In this document: piece by piece, positions 19,477-27,451 of the stretch
Position numbering within the stretch: the stretch's first letter is position 1
How the letters are laid out: each line of letters opens with the position of its first letter
Assembly (NCBI GenBank): GCA_963663805.2
Contig: CAXXMR010000019.1
Location: 32,001-96,000 of the forward strand
Length of the DNA stretch: 64,000 nucleotides
Reading direction: 5' to 3'
DNA from: Sedimentisphaerales bacterium
Lineage (GTDB): Bacteria > Planctomycetota > Phycisphaerae > Sedimentisphaerales > SM23-30
Program-made: the position numbers and the translations under genes
Notes under the pieces: model-generated
Told to the model about the DNA's origin: nothing
What the model saw: only the letters and a program-made list of their open reading frames with translations
Databases searched by the model: none

Positions 19477-20984
19477 GATTCAAGCTGCCATTCGGTTGTC
19501 CCGTCGGGATTGTCGCGGAGGGTGATGTTTAGGTTTTTGAGGGCGTCGCGAATGGTGTCGGACAATTGAAAATTTTTGTCGGTTCGGGCTTGTTTGCGCA
19601 GTTTAATGATTAACTCCATTAACTGAGGCGTGAGTGAGTCAGTACCGGCAGCCTTAGTAAGAGGATGCGTAAACAAACCAAGTATCTGGCCCAGATGAGT
19701 GATCATTCGCCCCGCTTCCTGAGCGATAGTAAGGAATTCTTTATTGGTTTGTCCCTGGGCTCGCTGGTCATCGAGATAGCGGTTGACGGTGTTGACAAGC
19801 TCAAATAGAGTCGCAATCGCGGCGGCGGTATTGAAATCATCGTCGAGAGCTTCGAGATAGCGAAGTTGGGCCTGGGCCACATCCTCTGTGAATTTTTTAT
19901 CGGGTTCGGACTGAGCCTGATTCTCCATTGCGGCGATATTTGGTTTGGTATGATAAATATCATCGCCGGTTAGCGCCTCAAGGCGGTCGAGCAGACGATA
20001 AATATTATTGGCGCCCTTTTGCACCGCCGTGATGGCTTCATCAGAAAAGTCGATGGGACGACGATAGTGGGTACTAAGGACAAAGAAACGTAGAATAGCG
20101 GGCGGGTATTCCTCCAGCAGCTCAGCGATAGGCTTGATATTACCGAGCGATTTGCTCATTTTTTCGGCTTTCCATTCGCTGCCGCTTTTGGTGCGTACCC
20201 GTGTCAACCCATTGTGCATCCAGTATTTAACGTAAGGCTTACCGGAGGCGGTCTGGGACTGGGCGATCTCATTTTCATGATGCGGGAAAATAAGATCCAT
20301 TCCGCCGCCATGAATATCAAAAGTCTCGCCCAGCAAATCCATACTCATAACCGAACACTCAATATGCCAGCCCGGTCGACCCCGACCCCAGGGGGACTCC
20401 CACCCGATTTCATCTGGGCCGACACTTTTCCATAAGGCAAAGTCAGCGTTGTTGCGTTTTTGGGATGAGCCAGCCAGTTGGCGGGAGCCTTCGAGCTGGT
20501 CTTCTTGTTTTCGGTTGGAGAGGCAACCGTAGTTGTCACATTTAGTTACGTCGAAATATACATCGCCGTCGGCAATGTAGGCGGCATCTTGGTCACCTAG
20601 TTTGTGGATTAGTTGAATCATGTGAGGGATATAACTGGTGGCGTGGGGGAAATGGTCTATGCTGTCGATGTTTAGTTTTTCTAGTGCTTCGTAGTATCCG
20701 GCGGAGATTTCACGGGCGAGCTGCTCGGTGGTAATACCGCGTTTTTGGGCTTCGTTAATCATTTTGTCGTCTACGTCGGTGATATTAACGACGAAAGTTA
20801 CGTTGTAGCCTTTATATATGAGGTATTTTTTGAGGGCGTCGAAGATGACCGGTCCGATGAAATGGCCGATATGGCAGGGCTTGTAGACGGTAGGGCCGCA
20901 GAGGTAAATGCCTACTTTGCCGGGGTTTACGGATTCGAAGAGTTCTTTTTCGCGGGTGAGTGTATTGTAAATTCTCAGGGCCAT
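19473..20984 (-). CDS. cysS: Cysteine--tRNA ligase
   Basis: CGPTVY, HIGH, GRPGWHIECS, HGGGMDLIFPHHENE, KMSKS. Confidence 0.98.
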   Translation of the reverse strand: MALRIYNTLTREKELFESVNPGKVGIYLCGPTVYKPCHIGHFIGPVIFDALKKYLIYKGYNVTFVVNITDVDDKMINEAQKRGITTEQLAREISAGYYEALEKLNIDSIDHFPHATSYIPHMIQLIHKLGDQDAAYIADGDVYFDVTKCDNYGCLSNRKQEDQLEGSRQLAGSSQKRNNADFALWKSVGPDEIGWESPWGRGRPGWHIECSVMSMDLLGETFDIHGGGMDLIFPHHENEIAQSQTASGKPYVKYWMHNGLTRVRTKSGSEWKAEKMSKSLGNIKPIAELLEEYPPAILRFFVLSTHYRRPIDFSDEAITAVQKGANNIYRLLDRLEALTGDDIYHTKPNIAAMENQAQSEPDKKFTEDVAQAQLRYLEALDDDFNTAAAIATLFELVNTVNRYLDDQRAQGQTNKEFLTIAQEAGRMITHLGQILGLFTHPLTKAAGTDSLTPQLMELIIKLRKQARTDKNFQLSDTIRDALKNLNITLRDNPDGTTEWQLES

Positions 20985-21014
20985 TTTTTTACCTTGGTAA
21001 TAATACGGTTACTG

Positions 21015-21507
21015 TCAAATTCGCTTTAGTGAAGCTATGGCGTGGCAGGCGACGGCCTGACCTGTGCCGGTTGCTTCGAGTTTCTCGTTGGTCTTGGCCT
21101 TTATATTAACGGCTTCTGGGGGTAGATGCAAAAGTTGGGCGAGATTTTGACGAAGGATTTTTTTGTGAGGGCCGATCTTAGGCTGTTCGGCGATAATCGT
21201 TGTGTCAATATTCACGGGGGCGTAGCCGGCGTCGTTGATGAGGGTGAGGGTTTTTTTTTAGTAAGTCTGTGCTGGCAATGTCTTTATATTTTGAGTCGGT
21301 ATCGGGGAAGTGCTGGCCGATGTCGTCGAGGCCGGCAGCGCCAAGCAGGGCGTCGATGACGGCGTGGATTAGTACGTCGGCGTCGCTGTGGCCTAGCAGG
21401 CCGAGCGGGGAGGGGATTTTTACGCCAGCGAGGATGAATGGGCGGTCGGGGGTGAGGCGGTGAAGGTCATAGCCCTGGCCGATTCTTACGATGCTTTCTG
21501 TGGTCAT
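21015..21507 (-). pseudogene. ispF: 2-C-methyl-D-erythritol 2,4-cyclodiphosphate synthase, frameshifted in an A9 run (possibly a sequencing error)
   Basis: [24 protein letters not shown] in one frame; [22 protein letters not shown] in another; removing one A from 21251-21259 joins them. Confidence 0.88.
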
Positions 21508-22024
21508 GGTTATCCTTACATGTAACTGGTCGATTCGGCTTATTATAATGCCGGTAAATCGTAAACGTAAGTGCTTATTTTTGTCGGCAAAATTGCGTTG
21601 GTCGAGTAAGGCAAAAACGCGGTGATTGGGGGATGTAAGTGCTTGTTTTGTGGGGAGAGTATTGCTGTAAGTCTTTATTTTTGTGAGCGCTAAGGTTACT
21701 TTGGGGGCGCGAGGGCGGCTTAAAACGGGTTTTTCGGGTGGGGGGGTCTCCTTAATGCGCAATTTGCAGGGGGCCAAATCAGCGCGATTGGGGATTTTTG
21801 GGGGGGCAAAAAGAGTGTTTGGAGGCAGGGGGCGGGGGATTTGGGGTGTGAATATGCCTGTTTGGGGCGTTACTGCGGTGGTAAAGTTGTGTTTGCGGTG
21901 GGGGTTTTCGGCGCGGCTTGGACTGGGACGACCGATTTTTGATGATTTTTTTGATTTTTCGAGCGTTTTTTTTGATTTTTGGGTTGGTTTTTGAGTGTTT
22001 TTTTGGGTGATTTTGAGATTTAGA

Positions 22025-22243
22025 AAGGCAGGAGGGATGAGGCATTTAAGAAGGCAAGAGGCATTAGGCATGAGGCAGAAGTGAACGGCTAGGTTTCGAC
22101 CTGCGGTCGAGGGCTGAATGATTAACGGCGAGGTGCTGCCTTGGGCAGGGGGTGTTTTTATTTTCAAACAAGGAAAAAAGAGATTTGACCTCTTTTTTTT
22201 TAAGAAGGCAAGAGGGATGAGGGATGAGGCAAGAGTGAACGGC
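22025..22243. repeat. Degenerate heptamer arrays (AGGCAAG/AGGCATT/AGGGATG) with a REP-like hairpin
   Basis: Two arrays at about 22025-22080 and 22203-22243; hairpin TCGACC-TGC-GGTCGA near 22096-22110. Confidence 0.65.
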
Positions 22244-22292
22244 GGGAAAAATTAATTGTACCGGACACCTCCTATGAAGCCAGATGTGTCAA

Positions 22293-22652
22293 GGTTGATT
22301 TTAGGGTTTTTTAAATTTTCTTTTTTTCACTTTACGTACCTTTTCCGCGGCTCGGTTATGATCGGTCGTCTCATGCTCCTATTCAGGTTGCCGCGGGATT
22401 ATTTGATTTTCGCGGGCCTATTAAACTTATACGGCAGTCGGCCTATTCTTAAGTACGGGCTCTGATGGCCCAAGGTGTCCGTCAGGCTCGACTGTATTCG
22501 ATCTCGATCACTTAAGAGCTTCAATCATATTCGTTTTGTTTTTCTTGCGGTCGTCAGATTGTGGTTAATCTGGTTATTGTAAACGGTTCTTCATTTTCGG
22601 CGTCAGCCGGGGGGAAACTGGCAAGGATGCGGCCTGAGCCGGATTCATTTTA
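22293..22652 (-). ncRNA. Putative bridge RNA / seekRNA of the IS1111-group element (RNA ends approximate)
   Basis: Stems TCTTAAGT/ACTTAAGA and CCGCGGC/GCCGCGG enclose segments matching the insertion-site flanks and the circle junction. Confidence 0.7.
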
Positions 22653-23756
22653 TTATTGAGCGCATCTCTGAGGTGTTGGGGTCAGTCGATTACTCCTTGG
22701 ATTAGCTGAGGTTTTTTGTATTTTATATTTCCAGGGTTTATGGTCGCGCATCATGGCCCAGCAGCGAATAAGCAAGTGTCGAGCAACGGCGATTATGGCT
22801 ATTTTACGTCGTTTGGCGCTGCCTCGGCTGACGCGTAAGTATATCTCTCGGGCCCAATCGTATCGCAAAGCAGTCCAACTGGCCTGAACTAACAACACCC
22901 TCAAAAGAGGATTGCCGCGTTTGCTGATACGGCCGGTGCGGTCCATTTGGCCGGACTGATAGCGGCGGGGAGTAAAACCGACATAACTGCTAACTTGGCG
23001 GCTGTTTTTGAAACGGTGAGGGTCATCAATAACCGCGACTATCGCCTCAGCGGTGCGGGGACCTACTCCTACGGCGGTTTGTAATAACTTTACTTTTTCC
23101 GATTTGTCATTGAGCCGGTTGAGTTTTTCGCTGGTCTGGTCGAGACATTTTTTTAGGGCCTCCAGTTGTTTAAGTTCCAGGTCCAGTTGGCCACGCCAGA
23201 GTTCTTCGGGATTGTCTATTTCAGCGAAGGGCTGAGCCAGTGTTTCTATTTGATGGAGATGTTTTTTTGTCCAGCAGCTTTTGCCATCGGGCAGGTCTAT
23301 GGCCATGATAGTCATCAGGGCCCGGATGCTGTTTTTGACCTGCGTCTGGCGATTGACAAGCTTTTGGCGATAATAGATGAGACTGCGTTTTTGACGAACC
23401 GGTTTATTGGGGACATGAACTTCAGGAAAGAAGCCGTGATGATACATCATAGCCAGGCGGTGAGCATCATCTTTGTCAGACTTGTTGGGATTGTTGGTCC
23501 ATTTCCAGGCGGGATGATTGACGTTGGCAACCTTGAATTGCAGGCCCAACGCCGTGAGCATGTCCGCCAGCCAGCCGGCCTGAGAACCGACCTCGAAAAG
23601 TACGATGGAATTTTCAGGGTCCAGCTGCGCGAAAATATCGTGGAACTCCTGTGGGGAAGTTCTGACGGTCGCGTATTTGGTTGTCAAAGAGCCGGTCTCC
23701 AGCTTGCAAAATGCACTCTTGCGTTTACCTAGGTCGATTGCTACAATAGTTTCCAT
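22653..23756 (-). CDS. IS110-family transposase/recombinase (RuvC-like DEDD + Tnp20)
   Basis: VAIDLG, LFEVG, NKSDKDDA (DEDD); GVGPRTA, YVGFTP...YQSG (catalytic Ser), GRISKRGN; ATG 23756 after AAGGAG. Confidence 0.95.
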   Translation of the reverse strand: METIVAIDLGKRKSAFCKLETGSLTTKYATVRTSPQEFHDIFAQLDPENSIVLFEVGSQAGWLADMLTALGLQFKVANVNHPAWKWTNNPNKSDKDDAHRLAMMYHHGFFPEVHVPNKPVRQKRSLIYYRQKLVNRQTQVKNSIRALMTIMAIDLPDGKSCWTKKHLHQIETLAQPFAEIDNPEELWRGQLDLELKQLEALKKCLDQTSEKLNRLNDKSEKVKLLQTAVGVGPRTAEAIVAVIDDPHRFKNSRQVSSYVGFTPRRYQSGQMDRTGRISKRGNPLLRVLLVQASWTALRYDWAREIYLRVSRGSAKRRKIAIIAVARHLLIRCWAMMRDHKPWKYKIQKTSANPRSNRLTPTPQRCAQ

Positions 23757-23879
23757 GGTCAGATGCTCCTTAATCCTTGTCAAGAATAAAGCGGTAATGC
23801 CCCAGCGGCAACCACGCCGGGACGATTATAACATAATTCGTCCCGGAGCATCTGGCTTTCATAGTTTCTTAATTCGCCT

Positions 23880-24218
23880 TTAATTTTCTCCTGTCACCAA
23901 TAATGCCGCCAAAACAGCCAGAATAAAACAAATACCCAGGAGACATCTTAGGTAAACTTGACCTTTTACTATTTTCTCTTTAGTCTCCATAATATAATTA
24001 TCTAAATCGTATTCAGAGCTATGCAGTATTTTTTTCATTACTTGCTTGTCTATCATTCCTTCTCCCCAAAAAGGACTACTGTTTAACTTGAGATACAGTT
24101 CTTTATGTTCCGACTTTATGTGATTTGTCAGTCGCCTACCTAATAAATATATCCTGAAACTAAGTAACATCGAACTTATAAATGCGCTGACAAACAAAAA
24201 ATTAAATAGATTTTTCAT
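23880..24218 (-). CDS. Small two-TM protein, candidate RHS immunity protein
   Basis: AT-rich ORF directly downstream of the RHS C-terminal domain; hydrophobic N- and C-terminal helices. Confidence 0.55.
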   Translation of the reverse strand: MKNLFNFLFVSAFISSMLLSFRIYLLGRRLTNHIKSEHKELYLKLNSSPFWGEGMIDKQVMKKILHSSEYDLDNYIMETKEKIVKGQVYLRCLLGICFILAVLAALLVTGEN

Positions 24219-24301
24219 TAATTAGCCTCATAGAAATTATACGATATTGAGAATAGTGTCACTCAACAGCAAGTTAAATTATCACTATAAAAATTGCAAT
24301 A

Positions 24302-24931
24302 TTAATCTTGGAACCAATTTTTAATTTTATTTGCCTGACCTTTCCAATATCTGGTATATATTTTTGTGCTAAAAACTTCTTTTGTTGGAACAAACTCTGC
24401 TGTTTCAACAAGAACGTGTGCTTCGACAGGCGTCATGGCACTTCCTGGTAATGTTACAGAACCAGTAGCCATATGTGAACCATTTAGTCCATAAGAATAT
24501 TCGCCCCCCAAACCTACAACACCCGGTAGCGTTACACTACCTCCATAAGTACTCGATGTTCCAGCCAGATCATAGCAATTTCCCCAGAATTTATGCCCCA
24601 CAAAAGAAGCTGATCCGCCAGCGCCCATGAGCGATCCGCCACCAACACGAATGATAAAACCGGCATTGCCAAGGCTGTCCCAAATAAAAGATACCCCACT
24701 TGACCCAGCAACTCCTGCACCTCCAAGGAAGTCTAGCCCGACACCTACTCCTGTAATTGAAGTATCAACACCACCACTCAGATAATTCATAAATTGGGCT
24801 TGCTGTAAATATTTCAAATTGAGTAATTCAAATCCTTTATACGAGATCGTCATTTTGAAGCCGGAAGTAACTGTATTTAAAGTCCCAACATCAGGTATCT
24901 GTTCACCTGTCATAACAGTCTTTGAATCTAA
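24302..24931 (-). pseudogene. 3' fragment of RHS toxin gene (Gly-rich C-terminal domain), cut off by IS66
   Basis: In frame with the 5' RHS fragment once the IS and one 8-bp duplication are removed (HIKLR-LDSKTVM). Confidence 0.8.
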
Positions 24932-24939
24932 TCTTAATT

Positions 24940-26529
24940 GTAACACTTTAGCCAAGTGAAGCAGAGAACTCCGCGAGTTTTGGCAATTTGCCGGTTTTGA
25001 TGTATGTTCGCAGGGCTTTTTTGATGGTAGCAACCGGGTTTAGGCCGCGTTGTTTCAGGGTAAAAAACACGCTCATCAGCACCGATTGCGTTCGGGCTCC
25101 ACGGTCGCTGCGGTTGTTATAGCTGTTCTTTCGCATGATCACCGCGCCGCGAATGCTGCGTTCGCCAAAATTATTATCGAACGGCACCTCGCGATTGCTC
25201 AGAAAAGTGAACAGCTCATCATGATGGCGTTTCAAACGCTTAATCAACCGCTGAGCTTCCTTGTTCGACCACTCATGCGCGATAATAAGATCCAAGCGTT
25301 TTTCGATTCGTTGGCAGCGCCGCTGGTAAACCGTCGCATCCAGTTCATCGATGCGTTTACGCAGGCGTATCGCGTCGCGAATTAATCGTTTGAGTTTTTT
25401 GGAGAACCTCGGCCAATCGCCGCTGTGGTCTTTGGCTTTCCAGACTCGCTCCAAATCACGCAGTAAGTGAACCAGGCACTTTTGTTTGGCGCATGACAAT
25501 ACATTGTAAGCATACCAGAAGTCACTTACGAACACGCCGTTGAAACATTCTTTGATAAATTCCAAAACCACCGGCCCGGCCCGCGACTGCTCGACCGTAA
25601 AAATCGTGGCTTGATGGCTGGTAAAGCACCATAACCAATGCGTTTTACCGTTTACCCGCCAGCCGGTCTCATCGCCGTGCAGGACACCGGCTTTTTGAAT
25701 GTCCTCGATTATTTCTTCGTACCAGGCCAGGAGTATATCCGCTAAACGATGCCACATCTGGACTAATCCGCCCGGCGACATCTTAAACCGGAGATGAAAA
25801 TTAAACACCTCCAGGATCTGCGCTATCGTATTGCCCAACGCAAAGTGGAGCCAGGCACACAAAACCACAATACCATTGCCAATAGATGATTTTGGCAGAG
25901 CATCGGTTACGATCGGCTCAACCGCCTTGCGACAGTTCGGACACCAGTCGCGATGAATAACATGCTTTACCGTCTCAACGCGAACATCTTCCGGGATGTC
26001 TTCGATGATTCGTTCACGTGTGCCGGAACATTTTTTCAGTTCGCCGCCGCAGTCCGGACAACATGAAGCGCGATGTTCTTCGGTACGGTCTATTTGGGTC
26101 GGCAGATTGCGGCGAGTACCTTGATGCCCTTTTTTACGGCCAAACTTTTTGCCGCGTTTTTTATCTGTTTTGTTCGGCTTGACAAAAACCGGCTTCTGAC
26201 CTGAGGGACACGAAGGATCAGCCGGACTGCCGGCAACTAACGTACCTTGTGTTTTTTCCGCTGCCAGTTTCGACAGTCTCAGCAAAACAAAAACCACCGC
26301 CTCTCTGCCTTGCTCGTAAATAAGCTCAGCCTGCTCCGCAGTCAATTCCTGCTCTAAGGCCAGGTCGGCGATAGCCTGTTCAGCATTCGGCTTCATCATG
26401 CTGAAACTATAAACCATTACACGCAATAGCGCAAATTACCCATCTTAACATTTTGAAGTTTTTTTGTCTTTTTTTTGCACAAGCCAACCCAAAAGCTATA
26501 GAATTTGCTTCACTTGGCTAAAATGTTAC
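24940..26529 (-). mobile_element. IS66-family element, single-ORF (ISBst12-like), 1590 bp
   Basis: Terminal IRs GTAACAYTTTAGCCAAGTGAAGCA (23/24 match), GTAA...TTAC ends, 8-bp target duplication TCTTAATT (24932-39, 26530-37). Confidence 0.93.
24948..26426 (-). CDS. IS66-family transposase (TnpC-like)
   Basis: GRKKGHQG, CPDCGG...CPNC zinc finger, HGDETGW, FVSDF, QKCLVHLLRD, VPFDNNFGERSIR. Confidence 0.93.
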   Translation of the reverse strand: MRVMVYSFSMMKPNAEQAIADLALEQELTAEQAELIYEQGREAVVFVLLRLSKLAAEKTQGTLVAGSPADPSCPSGQKPVFVKPNKTDKKRGKKFGRKKGHQGTRRNLPTQIDRTEEHRASCCPDCGGELKKCSGTRERIIEDIPEDVRVETVKHVIHRDWCPNCRKAVEPIVTDALPKSSIGNGIVVLCAWLHFALGNTIAQILEVFNFHLRFKMSPGGLVQMWHRLADILLAWYEEIIEDIQKAGVLHGDETGWRVNGKTHWLWCFTSHQATIFTVEQSRAGPVVLEFIKECFNGVFVSDFWYAYNVLSCAKQKCLVHLLRDLERVWKAKDHSGDWPRFSKKLKRLIRDAIRLRKRIDELDATVYQRRCQRIEKRLDLIIAHEWSNKEAQRLIKRLKRHHDELFTFLSNREVPFDNNFGERSIRGAVIMRKNSYNNRSDRGARTQSVLMSVFFTLKQRGLNPVATIKKALRTYIKTGKLPKLAEFSASLG

Positions 26530-27300
26530 TCTTAATTTAATGTGATCAAAAAGAGTTGTTGACGCCGTTCCGCCACTTCCCGCACCTTCTCCACTACTTG
26601 CTGCTAATTGTATAGTATTGGCCTGCTCGACTGATTGAGTTTCAGTACCGGCGCCTCCCTGGGCGGATCCCGATGCCTGCATCAAACCGGAAACTAAACC
26701 TGTAATACCACCAATAATGGCCCCCCTTCCCACATCACCACCAGTAATAGCAGCGTTGAGTGCTCCGGCAGCAGCGCCAGCCACGCCCGCACCTATCCAG
26801 CCCCCTACAGCGAAACCTACGAATCCAAAGGCTCCACCAATAGCACCAGTTATACCACCTATAGCCATTCCACGGAGAATATCTCGGAAATCTCCGCCAT
26901 TACATGCGGCCATTATTCCACCAACGGTAGAACCTATAGCAGCTGATATCGCTACCACTGCAAGGAAGCCTAGATGCCCACTGGGATCAACATATTTAAG
27001 CGGGTTGTTGTTACAGTAGGTATATCTGTTTAGGCCCTGTGAGGTCTGGGTGGGCAGGACGGTGTCGGCCTGCACGAATCGGGCTAGTTCGGCATCGTAG
27101 AAGCGGGCGTTGTAGTAGTAGAGGCCTGTTTCGGAGTCGAATATCTGGCCGGTGTAGCGGTTGGAGGGTGAATCATAGGCGGAGTAGCCCGCATTATCAG
27201 CGGCGTAGGTCTCGTCGCCGAAGGGTGAGTATTCATAATGCCGCACGACATTGCCGTCGCGGTCGGTCATGATGGAGGATGAGCCGAGGTGGGTGCGTAG
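26530..27300 (-). pseudogene. Orphan RHS repeat-associated core fragment plus start of the toxin domain, interrupted by IS66
   Basis: HLGSSS, YEYSPFG, RYTGQIFDSETGLYYYNARFYD, LNRYTYCNNNPLKYVDPSG, then a Gly-zipper region; no upstream YD shell. Confidence 0.88.
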
Positions 27301-27309
27301 CGGCAGGGG

Positions 27310-27367
27310 TGAGGCAAGAAGGGACGGTGAGGTTTCGGCCTTTGGTCGAGGGGTTTTATTTAACGGC
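27310..27367. repeat. Second copy of the repeat at 22071-22129
   Basis: TGAGGCA...ACGG..AGGTTTCGRCCTNNGGTCGAGGG...TTAACGGC in the same orientation at both sites. Confidence 0.7.
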
Positions 27368-27375
27368 AACGTCAA

Positions 27376-27436
27376 CCGCTTACTGACGTGCGCGGCTCTG
27401 ATATATACTCGGTTCTGATATGTGCGCGGCTCTGAT
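27376..27436. repeat. REP-like repeat cluster (GTGCGCGGCTCTGAT x2 plus a partial copy)
   Basis: CCGCTTACTGACGTGCGCGGCTCTGAT, CGGTTCTGAT, GTGCGCGGCTCTGAT; related CGCGGCTC core at 39930-39952. Confidence 0.65.
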
Positions 27437-27451
27437 GGGTGAATTGGTTTT

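Larger units (their letters stand above)
22269..23869 (-). mobile_element. Complete IS110-family element, IS1111 group (about 1.6 kb)
   Basis: Sub-terminal inverted repeats CTATGAAGCCAGATG (22272-22286) and CATCTGGCTTTCATAG (23849-23864); CT core at both ends (22269-70, 23868-69); long 3' non-coding end; outward TTGACA at 22287-22292 on the minus strand. Confidence 0.85.

Noticed and set aside
21735..21815. Phage cos/terminase-like G-run region
   Set aside because: No phage genes anywhere in the window
21508..22167. 220-aa N-terminal extension of the 21205-22167 ORF
   Set aside because: Low-complexity K/P/T translation of a skewed, repeat-containing tract; IspF homology starts at ATG 21507
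22025..22243. Possible CRISPR array
   Set aside because: Degenerate heptamers without constant repeats or unique spacers, and no cas genes
24932..25033. N-terminus of the 243-aa ORF as an independent gene
   Set aside because: It derives from the IS66 end and target duplication; the rest is the RHS tip
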